NCBI GenBank assembly: GCA_003427395.1
Contig: BFEA01000014.1
Location: 2,394,517-2,440,458 of the forward strand
DNA from: Chara braunii
Lineage: Eukaryota; Plantae; Charophyceae
Length of the DNA stretch: 45,942 bases
Reading direction: 5' to 3'
In this document: piece by piece, positions 33,558 through 44,738 of the stretch
Numbering within the stretch: the stretch's first letter is position 1
How the letters are laid out: the number at the start of each line of letters is the position of its first letter
The notes under the pieces: model-generated
What the model saw: the letters and a program-made list of their open reading frames with translations, nothing else
Databases searched by the model: none
Told to the model about the DNA's origin: nothing
Position numbers and translations under genes: made by a program

Positions 33558-36200
33558 TTTTTTTTTTTTTTTTTTTTTTCCCAACAGATCTTTGTTTAAT
33601 CTTAAATGTCATGAACCAGAGGCCGGGGACCTCACAATTCTACCCGGGTTGCTGGAAAACAGGTCCAGCATCCTATTCGGGTAACCAATCTGGAAAACAG
33701 GTCCAGAGTCCTCAGAAAGAAAACAGACTACCGGCTGGAAACAAGGTCCAGCGTCCTTCTTGAAGGAACAGTTCTATAGGCTTGGGCAAGTCCCTGCAGA
33801 GTCAGACAAAGAGCACCCCTCTTGACAGTCTATTGACTATCCCTGATCGAGCTTTTAACACAAGGGTTTGAATTCTGGCTGTCGCTACTTCTCAAAGGAC
33901 TTGCTTTCAAATAACAGATTGTTCATCCCACAACAGTCTTGAAAAGTACACTTGGCCTGAAGCCAGTGATCCTGCCCATGTAAAGGGCTGTTCCCACAGT
34001 CTGAGACTCTTATTCTTCCTTAGCTCTGCTAATATTAGCAGGCGAACCGAATACCGAAATTGGTTCCTGATAACAGTCTGAGAAGTAGGTTTGGAGTAGA
34101 ACCTTCTATCCCTATGTGCTAGCCAAAGAATCCAGAAGGCTATCGCACGGAATTTGTAGGCCACAACCTTACCTTTCATTACTGTAGTAACCCCAGAGAT
34201 CACAAAGTCTTGAGTCCATAAGTCAGTCCATGTAAGCTCTAAACCATGTGTCTTGTAACCATTCCCAGAAGCCTCTGGCCACCACACATTCCCACCATAG
34301 GTGTGCAGAGGATTCCACTCTTGGGTAGAGGCAATGGTCACAGAAGATACTCACCAACATGCCTTTTTCTGAACACTATTCTGCAGTGGGCACACATGAA
34401 TGCATATGCATCCACTGCAGCCCTCCCATCACCTGCGATCATCTGGCAATAGAAAGGTAACCATTTATCCACAAATGTTAAAAAAGGCATAGCGTTGAAC
34501 CGCTTATTCCACGATAAGCATGATTGTGCTTTCAGAGAGGGGGCTTTCGAGTGTAGCTTGTACCTCAATTTTGGTCTGTAGTCACTGATTGAAATTTTGG
34601 TGGGTGTTGACACCCCGGAATCCAATGCCCATCCCATCTCGGATGAGTCTGGTCTGTTGTCCTCCAATTGTGTTGCCTGACCGAGAACTTGGGCCACCAT
34701 AGTCCCTTCTTGAGTGAGGAAAGAGACTACTCTGATAGGCTTGCCCATCCTGCAGTTGGGTAAGAGAATGATATCCCTCTTAACAAAATTTGGTGGCAAC
34801 TCCTTGATCCAGACCTCCGCTTCCAGACCATTTCCGGCCTTTGCGTCTGTGATATGCAGTATTCGTTCAGCTGATTGGGAATCCAACCACCAAGTGTCCT
34901 CTAGCCAGTCCCCACTTTCAGTTCTCAAGAGTTTAAACCATGCTTGGGGAACAACCGAGATCAATGCCTTCAAATGTGTAGGTATCCCTTGAAGGCCTCT
35001 GAGTTTATGCTTCAGGACTTCTGCAGTCTTCCACTCTCTCCGGTTCTGGTCCCAAATGTGTTCCACTTTCCATATGCCCTTCTGGAGCCATTTGCGTCCG
35101 AAGTTACCTTTCCGTGAGGAGACACTGAAAACCGCCCCTATCTCCCCTCGGATTGCAGGATTCTCAAAGAGGGGCATTGACAGAACCCTTTCTGCTGATG
35201 TACATTCCTTGATCGTGGTCGGATGCATTCTGGACCATGCTTTGAGTATTGGGCTCCAGGTAGGAGAGTTAGTATTCTTGGCAAGTGAGGGGAGAAACAA
35301 GCAATCCCATAATGCTGAGTTGTCGGATAACGACCATTCGGTAGAGAGGATGGAGATGGTTAACTGAATCCAAGGGGTGTCAATTGGAAGCGTCAGTAGT
35401 CTAGTAACCCATTTCGTTAGTAATGCTCTGTTCTGGATCTCGGGGTTAATGATCCCAAGTCCCCCATCGTTCTTCTTCTCAATAATTTTCCACCACGCTA
35501 TTTTGGATATGCATGGGGACACTTCTGAGTCCCCTTTCCAGATGAATTTGGAGATAAGTTGACGGATCAGCTGAGCTGAGGATTGAGATAACTCTCAGGC
35601 TCTAAACGAAAGGATACCCCAGATTGTGGAAAATATCGAAACGTTAGTCACCGTTGCCCGACCAAACAGCGATAAGAAGTTTTTCTTGGACCGATGTGCG
35701 CATGAGTTCCCGATTCTTTCTTCTATGATGGCATCCTGTGATTTTGAACAGTCTGAGAAAGATATTAGGATACCTAAGTATCTCTCTGAGTCTGTGTTTG
35801 GGAGAACTTTGATGCCCCAGTCGATTGCCAATGGGCTACCATGTGGGGTCATGGCAACAGATTTATGCCAGCTGACCTTCATCTCGGATGCTGCCTCGTA
35901 TATCGTAAGGCATTGTCTTAACGCTTGAAGAGATTCCACAGAGTTCTCTGAAACTGCTGAGAAATCGTCTGCAAGCGCGGACGCTTTGAGCTCGAAGGAT
36001 CTAGATACTCGGAGACCTTTGTATGATTGGTGTGATCTGACCATATTCAACAAGACTTCCATCTGGATGACAAAGAGGGAGGGGGCTAGGGGGCATCCCT
36101 GCCTCAATGATCTTGATACTGTGAAAGGGTCTGAGATAAACCCATTGACCAGAACTCTGCCTTGGTGTGATCTGACCATATTCGACAAGACTTCCGTCTG
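33558..36200 (-). mobile_element. 5'-truncated LINE (LINE-6): RT C-half to 3' UTR and poly(A)/(CAA)n tail
   Basis: LRQGCPLAP, LADD, RYLGI (35595-36224). GGLGIINP, PLFENP, HIWD (34338-35522). C-terminus at 33907-34341. T-tract at 33558-33579. Confidence 0.92.
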
Positions 36201-37419
36201 TTTTTTTTTTGCAAAACACCCCAATGAGTTTTTTTTTTTCTTTCTTTTTCTTTTTGCACCCTGATGAGTTCAGATACATGCCAAAATGCCTCTGAATTCC
36301 GGAAAAAAAAAAAAAAAAAAAGCCTCCGAAAGATGTGAGCAGAGAGGGGAATGCCCTCTGCCCTCTGACAAAGTAAAACTTTTTTGTGGAATACCTCTGA
36401 CGTCGGGTAGATGCCAACTTTGCAATATACCCCTGCTGGGTACCCTCCATCTTTGCAATATACGCCTAGTACGGGGTACCCTCCAACATTGCAAAACGCC
36501 CTGGTACATGCCAGCGTTTCCAAGGCCCTATTGCCGAAGGCCAGCGCCCAAAAGGTGGGGTCTAAATTGCACCTTTGCTCACCGGGCTGACAGGGGCATA
36601 ACAAAGATTTCGCCCCAAAAGGGTATTCCGCTCAACTTATGGGGGTATTTTGCGAAATAGGCCTTTTTCCCAGTGAGGCAATATTTTGACTGTATAGGGA
36701 CCATTATTACCCGTACCCGGTTGCATGTACAATTTGGGCGAGACCCCAATAGCAAAGAGATTGGATTGAAAACCTGAATGTGGACGTGTTTGAGGAGATG
36801 TGCCGATGATTGTGATTGCTCTGCGTTTCTGCATCTCTACATAAAACGCCTCCAGATTCAGGCGGTTAATCCCATCTTCTTGCCTAGTGGGATCTCGCCC
36901 TTAGTCTGTTGTACAGTGGAGCGAGGCCCAAAGAAAGCAAGCAGCAGCCTGATTGCAGTCCATCCTGACCGGGCTAATATTGCCCAAAAAAAAAAATATA
37001 ATAAATAAAATAAAAAAAATGCCGATTACAAGCCACCACGCAGGTGTGCAAAGGCTACGTCGTGAGTGATTGGAAGCGACATTATTTCCTGAATGTAGAC
37101 GAACGGCATTGCGCCTAGATGCGTCTGGATGGGCTAGAAAAGGTATAAACAGGCGAGCCCCATGCGATGGTAGGTGCGGTGACCATGACCATGCAGTTCC
37201 CACGACGTCGGAAAACGCTGCGCCGGCGGACTGCGACAGACAAGTGTGAGGAGCCCCATGCATGACACCTCCCGCGGAAAACGAGAGCCCAGCCAGGACG
37301 TTGTGCCATACGTAGCCCTTCGTCCAAATCACGTGAAACGGCGTACAATACTTGATTGCACACCAATACACAACAGAAAATTCCGAGTGTTGTAGGTGTA
37401 CACTGCACGTCCTTCACCT

Positions 37420-37454
<35 letters not shown>

Positions 37455-37994
37455 TGTTTTTGGGTTGTTTTTTCGTCTCTCTCTCTCTCTGTGTGCGTGT
37501 GTGTGTGTGTTGGTCGGATTTAGGCAGTGGTGAGAGAGAGATGGGAGAGTGTCGTTTCGAGATATCAGTGGGGAGGGGCTTAAGGAAGGTGGGAGCAGCG
37601 AACCGGCGGAAAGCTAGCGGAGCTTGCAGTGACTCAGACTGAAATAGCCACAAACTTTAAGGGAGAGGCACGTCAGCATTCTGCATCGAGATTGAAAGTC
37701 GATAAGAAGCCAAAGATCATAAAAGAGAAGGGGAGGGGAGGGGAGGGGAGGGGAGGGGACGGGACGGAGGGAGGGAGAAGTAGGAGAGGAAGGAGATAGA
37801 GAAGGACAGGTCACGGGGGTAATCGAGGAGGAAACGAAGACAGGAAGACGGAATTGAAAGGAGGCGGACATGAAACAAGACCGGAGGGGAAGAGGGACAG
37901 CGGAGATTGCAGAAAGGGAGAAAGAGGTGCAAGAAATGGAAGAAGGGAGGTTAAACTGAAGGGAGACAGGTAGGGAGGAGGGGACGGGTAATTG

Positions 37995-38031
<37 letters not shown>

Positions 38032-38783
38032 NNNNNNNNNNNNNNNNNNNNNNNNNNNNNNNNNNNNNNNNNNNNNNNNNNNNNNNNNNNNNNNNNNNNN
38101 NNNNNNNNNNNNNNNNNNNNNNNNNNNNNNNNNNNNNNNNNNNNNNNNNNNNNNNNNNNNNNNNNNNNNNNNNNNNNNNNNNNNNNNNNNNNNNNNNNNN
38201 NNNNNNNNNNNNNNNNNNNNNNNNNNNNNNNNNNNNNNNNNNNNNNNNNNNNNNNNNNNNNNNNNNNNNNNNNNNNNNNNNNNNNNNNNNNNNNNNNNNN
38301 NNNNNNNNNNNNNNNNNNNNNNNNNNNNNNNNNNNNNNNNNNNNNNNNNNNNNNNNNNNNNNNNNNNNNNNNNNNNNNNNNNNNNNNNNNNNNNNNNNNN
38401 NNNNNNNNNNNNNNNNNNNNNNNNNNNNNNNNNNNNNNNNNNNNNNNNNNNNNNNNNNNNNNNNNNNNNNNNNNNNNNNNNNNNNNNNNNNNNNNNNNNN
38501 NNNNNNNNNNNNNNNNNNNNNNNNNNNNNNNNNNNNNNNNNNNNNNNNNNNNNNNNNNNNNNNNNNNNNNNNNNNNNNNNNNNNNNNNNNNNNNNNNNNN
38601 NNNNNNNNNNNNNNNNNNNNNNNNNNNNNNNNNNNNNNNNNNNNNNNNNNNNNNNNNNNNNNNNNNNNNNNNNNNNNNNNNNNNNNNNNNNNNNNNNNNN
38701 NNNNNNNNNNNNNNNNNNNNNNNNNNNNNNNNNNNNNNNNNNNNNNNNNNNNNNNNNNNNNNNNNNNNNNNNNNNNNNNNNNN

Positions 38784-38859
<76 letters not shown>

Positions 38860-39131
38860 GAGAGAGAAACTTCAACGTAGCACAAGAGGGCGTCTGGCAG
38901 ATTAGGAGGAAAGAGAGGCAGGAACCTCTTCTGTCTTTTTTTTTTCGTTGAAATTTCAATTGTTGCAGAAAAAGAAGGAAGGAAGAGGAAGGTGAGAACA
39001 CTGAGAAGAAAGAGCAGACTCAGCAGAGGAGGAGGGAAGGAGCAAAGCTGCTGCCAAGGCAATTGTAAAGAAAGAGAGTAGTGGAAGGATCATTGAAAAA
39101 AGCAGGAAAATAAGAATAATAAGAATAAGAA

Positions 39132-39162
<31 letters not shown>

Positions 39163-39177
39163 AAGAAGAGGGTAGAG

Positions 39178-40977
39178 ATGGCTTCTCAGGACAAGAACCT
39201 TGAGCAGACTCCGACCTATCGAGTGGCCTTCATCGTGTTTGTATTCGTTGCCGTGTCGTTAATGTTCGAAAAGGGCCTTCATCATCTGGCTGTGTATCTT
39301 AAGAAGCGCCGGAAAAAGGGTTTGTACCACGCCATCGAGACGGTTAAGGAAGAGTTAATGTTGCTGGGCTTCATCTCTTTGCTGCTTACCATCTTCCAGC
39401 AGGATATAACTCGCTGGTGTGTACAAGAGACCCGCGGTTATGACTGGATCCCCTGCGCAAGGGAGGAGCTCGTGCGTTCCGGTCTTGTTGACGTCAACAG
39501 CACGTTTCCCAGCCCGAACACCACAGTCACGATGGGATCAGCACACTCAAAAACAAGTGATCACGCAGCAGGGGGAGGAGGGGGAGGAGGAGGAGGAGGA
39601 GGAGGAGAAGGAGAAAGAGAAGGAGGAGAAGGAGAGGAAGGCGGTCCTAAAGGAAGGCATCTACTTGCAACATCATCATCAGCAGGAGCAGTAGCAGCAG
39701 CAGCAGCAGGAGGAGGAAGAGGAGGAGGAGGAGGAGGACAGGGAGGAGGAGGAGGAGGAGGAATGATTAATAGGAGGAGGAATGGAGAGAGAGGAGGTGT
39801 GGGAGATGTTCTTCCGTGGCTTGGAAATGATGGTGGAAGAGGAGGGAGGGTGTCTTCACTGTCTTGGACGTCAGGGGGGGCAAGGCAGCTTCTTGCAGCC
39901 CCAGATTCTGGCGAGAAAGTGATGCAGGGCTCGAAGCTAAGGGGTGACTTCTGTTCGGCCGGCAAAGAGCCGTTCATGAGCTTCGACGCCATGCACTACG
40001 TGCACTACTTCATCTTCATCCTGGCGATCGTAATGATCGTGTACTCCTCCTTGGCATTTTTGTTGTCGTTTATGCGGATCCAAGGGTGGAGAGCGTGGGA
40101 GGAGAAAGCGCAGACCCCAGAGTACTTGAGAGATGCGGAGGCAGCCTCGACGAGAGAGGAGAAGCTGCGTTTCGCTGGCCTTAGAGATCGCAAAGCCGTC
40201 GTCTATGCTATCGACTCCAGGGTAGTTTGTCGCACTCCTCGCTTCTGGGTCGCCTCCTTCTTCCTGCAGTTTGTGCGATCGCTTAGCGAAGCTGATTATT
40301 TGACGTTGCGCATGCTGTTCATAACGAATCACAACTTGCAAATGAAGTTTGACTTCCATGATTACCTAGTACGATGCATGGAGGAGGACTTCGCCAATGT
40401 GGTGGGGATAAGTATACCCATGTGGTTGGTGCTCGTCTTCTTGCTCGTGTTTAACATGAGACATAACGCGATCTTCTTCTGGTTTGAGATGTTGGGACTG
40501 CTACTCTGCATGTGTGTCGGGACGAAGCTGGTCGCAATCTTGAGGACGATCTCGGCCGAGAGCTCGACGGGAAGTGGGCACTTCGTGGCCACCGATCCCA
40601 AGCCAACTGACGAGTTGTTCTGGTTCGGCAAGCCATCGCTGCTGCTGGTGTTTATACACTTCATCTTTTTCGCAAATTCATTGGATCTGGCGGCATTCAT
40701 ATTCTATTCGTGGAAATTTGGACTAGATTCGTGCTTGCAGGAAGAGCCAACAGTGATCAGTGTGAGGCTGATATTCTCCGTGCTGCTGCTGGTACTTAGT
40801 TCCTATGTCACTTTGCCGCTCTATGCGCTTGTGGCGCAGATGGGCACGTCCTACAGACGGGCGCTCCTGCCCGAAGTAGTGCAGACGGCACTCAAGTCAT
40901 GGGCCAAAGGAGTGAAGAAGAACAAGTCACTGCCATCGCGTCAACAACAACAACAATCCTCTCCCTCGCGTGTGTAA
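39178..40977 (+). CDS. MLO: MLO-family seven-transmembrane protein (Mildew resistance locus O-like)
   Basis: LEQTPT, VKEELMLLGFISLLLT, HYFIFILA, DYLTLR..FITNH, KFDFHDY, MEEDF..VVGIS, PTDELFWFGKP, SYVTLPLYALVAQMGT and the calmodulin-binding-like ALKSWAKGVKK are all hallmark MLO motifs, in the correct order. The extreme 3' end may be spliced. Confidence 0.96.
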   Translation: MASQDKNLEQTPTYRVAFIVFVFVAVSLMFEKGLHHLAVYLKKRRKKGLYHAIETVKEELMLLGFISLLLTIFQQDITRWCVQETRGYDWIPCAREELVRSGLVDVNSTFPSPNTTVTMGSAHSKTSDHAAGGGGGGGGGGGGEGEREGGEGEEGGPKGRHLLATSSSAGAVAAAAAGGGRGGGGGGQGGGGGGGMINRRRNGERGGVGDVLPWLGNDGGRGGRVSSLSWTSGGARQLLAAPDSGEKVMQGSKLRGDFCSAGKEPFMSFDAMHYVHYFIFILAIVMIVYSSLAFLLSFMRIQGWRAWEEKAQTPEYLRDAEAASTREEKLRFAGLRDRKAVVYAIDSRVVCRTPRFWVASFFLQFVRSLSEADYLTLRMLFITNHNLQMKFDFHDYLVRCMEEDFANVVGISIPMWLVLVFLLVFNMRHNAIFFWFEMLGLLLCMCVGTKLVAILRTISAESSTGSGHFVATDPKPTDELFWFGKPSLLLVFIHFIFFANSLDLAAFIFYSWKFGLDSCLQEEPTVISVRLIFSVLLLVLSSYVTLPLYALVAQMGTSYRRALLPEVVQTALKSWAKGVKKNKSLPSRQQQQQSSPSRV

Positions 40978-40988
40978 ATCGGTTGCAT

Positions 40989-40992
<4 letters not shown>

Positions 40993-41052
<60 letters not shown>

Positions 41053-41082
41053 ACACATCACACACACACGCGCGTACAAACT

Positions 41083-41139
<57 letters not shown>

Positions 41140-41451
41140 ACACTCAATCAATCAATGAATCATTGACAATCAATCAATCAATCAAACCTTTTTTTTTTTA
41201 ATTTTGCATGTGCATTTTTTTCAAACACCTCATTTGCCTGCGAAGAACAAAAATCCAATTCTAAAAAAAAACAGGTGTACTCAGGGACCATACATGTCAT
41301 GATAAAAAATGGCAGAAAAAAATTCCTGCTTTTTTTTTTTTTTTTTTTGGTTTAAANCGGGCGCGCCTGCTTGTGTCGATCGTTCATCGATTTCTCTCTC
41401 CCTCTGCGTCACTCTCTCGCCCGCACGCCTGTGACTCGGTTGTGTTACAGT

Positions 41452-41530
<79 letters not shown>

Positions 41531-42134
41531 GCTCACACAGTGAGGACTGTAGTCGGCTCGCAGCAGTCATGCGAGGAAAGGACGAGAGAAAGAGAGTGGG
41601 TGCTTGGGAGAGGGGCAGCTACGTAAGGACGGACGAATCGTTTCGACAGCCACTGCGTCAACAACGATGACCTCGCTCGTGCATGTGAGCTGTTCCTCCA
41701 CTTTCTCTCTTCCTTACGCCCCGGCTCCCTTTCCGCTCCAGTCTCCTCCCCCTCCTTCCCCCTCCCTTTCTTTCCCCTCCTCTCCCCTCATTTCCCTGCG
41801 CCCGTGCGATAACGCGTGTACAAGGATATATATATATTTTTTGTCTGTGGAGAATTTCCAATGATGGGTTTTCTTACAGTAATACATGTTAGCTTGCGTT
41901 GCATTTCGGATTTTTTTTTACTTTTTTAATGTTTTTAATTTTCGTATTTTTTGTATTTTTTTTAAATTTACTTGTGTATCTGCAGTCGGATTCCAAATAA
42001 GAAGGTGAGATGCAGACTGTTGTTGTTCCAGCAACACAAGCTAGAAACGCTCAGGTGTGCTGACAGGACGAAGATATCCACTGTATCAAATACATTTTTC
42101 TTTTTTTTTTCCTTTTCGCCCCGGTAGTCGGTGG

Positions 42135-42183
<49 letters not shown>

Positions 42184-42405
42184 CTTCCTGTTAGCAAGTA
42201 GACTGAAACGTAAGTCAGCTTCATGTCCCGGTGTCGATCGGAGAGCAGCCCTTCTTTTTTTTTTTTTTTTTTTTTTAAGCAGCCATGTTTTGGACTGGAG
42301 TTAGCGGACAAGCTTGATTCTTACGAGAGATAATGTAGTTCAACTCTGTGTTTGTGCGTGTTTTGGATTTTTGTGTTTACGATGGTGAATGTCACACGCT
42401 GTTTC

Positions 42406-42468
<63 letters not shown>

Positions 42469-43565
42469 GGTGTGTGGGGGTGCATGCTCGGGTTTGGCAG
42501 TGTAAGGAAAGTGTGTTCGGATGTAGGTGTACGTGTACCTGTGTTGAAGTAGGGTGTGCGTGTGGGTGTGTGTAAGCGTTGTGTGTAGGTGTGTGTTGAT
42601 TGTGTGCACGTGCGTGTGGGTGCGTGTCACTGAGTGTTTGTGCGTTTTCTCTACTTCCTTGCGGCACGAAGATTTGAAATTAGGAACGCGAAATCGAGAT
42701 TTCACAACGCCTGAAAAGGCTGAAATCGGAACATCTGAACGTACCTCCATGCGAAACACGGTCACATGCATGATGTGAACTCGGCTGTCATTCGATCAGG
42801 GGCACAACGAGGTGTTTCCATTCTGGACGTTACTACATCTTGTCGTCCCATCTCTGATCTTGTCCACTACCTGTTTGCTTGCTNNNNNNNNNNNNNNNNN
42901 NNNNNNNNNNNNNNNNNNNNNNNNNNNNNNNNNNNNNNNNNNNNNNNNNNNNNNNNNNNNNNNNNNNNNNNNNNNNNNNNNNNNNNNNNNNNNNNNNNNN
43001 NNNNNNNNNNNNNNNNNNNNNNNNNNNNNNNNNNNNNNNNNNNNNNNNNNNNNNNNNNNNNNNNNNNNNNNNNNNNNNNNNNNNNNNNNNNNNNNNNNNN
43101 NNNNNNNNNNNNNNNNNNNNNNNNNNNNNNNNNNNNNNNNNNNNNNNNNNNNNNNNNNNNNNNNNNNNNNNNNNNNNNNNNNNNNNNNNNNNNNNNNNNN
43201 NNNNNNNNNNNNNNNNNNNNNNNNNNNNNNNNNNNNNNNNNNNNNNNNNNNNNNNNNNNNNNNNNNNNNNNNNNNNNNNNNNNNNNNNNNNNNNNNNNNN
43301 NNNNNNNNNNNNNNNNNNNNNNNNNNNNNNNNNNNNNNNNNNNNNNNNNNNNNNNNNNNNNNNNNNNNNNNNNNNNNNNNNNNNNNNNNNNNNNNNNNNN
43401 NNNNNNNNNNNNNNNNNNNNNNNNNNNNNNNNNNNNNNNNNNNNNNNNNNNNNNNNNNNNNNNNNNNNNNNNNNNNNNNNNNNNNNNNNNNNNNNNNNNN
43501 NNNNNNNNNNNNNNNNNNNNNNNNNNNNNNNNNNNNNNNNNNNNNNNNNNNNNNNNNNNNNNNNN

Positions 43566-43634
<69 letters not shown>

Positions 43635-43737
43635 CCTCCTGATGAGTCGGTGAAAGTCCGACGAAACAGTCTCAGACACACAGTCATCTTTTTTTAGTGT
43701 ATAGGGAATATGACAACACACACACACACACACACAC

Positions 43738-43789
<52 letters not shown>
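40993..43789. repeat. Cluster of (CT)n, (CA)n, (GA)n microsatellites and T-tracts, including the gap at 42884-43565
   Basis: Visible directly. Similar tracts occur at 32953-33024, 37420-37510, around the gap 38032-38783, at 39110-39168 and at 44674-44735. Confidence 0.95.
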
Positions 43790-43792
<3 letters not shown>

Positions 43793-44112
43793 TTCGTACT
43801 CTAGTTAGGAGTTTTAGTTTTTCCCAGCGTTGTTGGGGCTGTCGTGGAGGGCGAGGAGGAGCCTCTCCGCGTACTCACAGTGGACTTCCTGAATGTACGT
43901 GACCCCTGTTACGGCGCTATGCATCCTTATAAGGGCTGCAGCGGTCCGAAAACATAGCTTGTATACATTCGTCATCAGGGTGTGTTGTGTTCGGGGGAAG
44001 ACGGTAGTGTGACTACCGCCTTACCGGTTCTTGTCCGAGTCTGGTGCCGCAAGGTGTCAATCTTTGGGCTCTGTTTTTTTTTTTTTTTTTGTCAAAAGAC
44101 TCATAAACCATA

Positions 44113-44391
44113 CTAGCTTAGCGCCCGCGGTGCGGGCGGTGCGGGCTACGCCCGCATAAAAAAACACGACAAAAATCAGTCGAAGTACTCACACAGACTC
44201 ACATGGACATACAGAGCACAACATACTCAACATGTACTTAAAACACGCTGGTTGAGTTAGTTTGGGCCGCGTTTTATTACATGTTGAATGTGTTGTGCTA
44301 TATATGTCCATTTGAGTTTGTGTGAGTACTTCGACTGATCTTTGCCATGTTTTTTTATGCGGGCATAGCCCACACAGCGGCGCTAAGCTAG
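44113..44391. mobile_element. Foldback MITE (~280 bp, almost fully palindromic)
   Basis: CTAGCTTAGCGCC..GGCGCTAAGCTAG termini. The arms pair imperfectly over ~125 bp (e.g. ATCAGTCGAAGTACTCACAC / GTGTGAGTACTTCGACTGAT). Confidence 0.85.
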
Positions 44392-44670
44392 CCTATTACT
44401 TATACGTACCGCCGCATGTTGCATTGTATACAACATATTTTCCCGCTCGGATACAGTCATACTGCGAAGGGGGGGGCATTCTATTCGCTGCAAGGTATGT
44501 TGCAGCGAGATCTCACAATTTGCCACGGAGGGAGCATTTGTTTGCCCAAGTCGCCACAGTATACGTCCATGTGGCCCTAGAATGTATCCACGTGGTCACA
44601 GTACAGATGTCCACGTGGCCACATGGAGATTTTCGCATTGGAGGGCATTATCCACAGGACCGATTGTCCC

Positions 44671-44738
<68 letters not shown>

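Noticed and set aside
37614-43793. Long ORFs spanning N gaps or SLSL/ERER/THTH runs
   Set aside because: Artefacts of assembly gaps and microsatellites.
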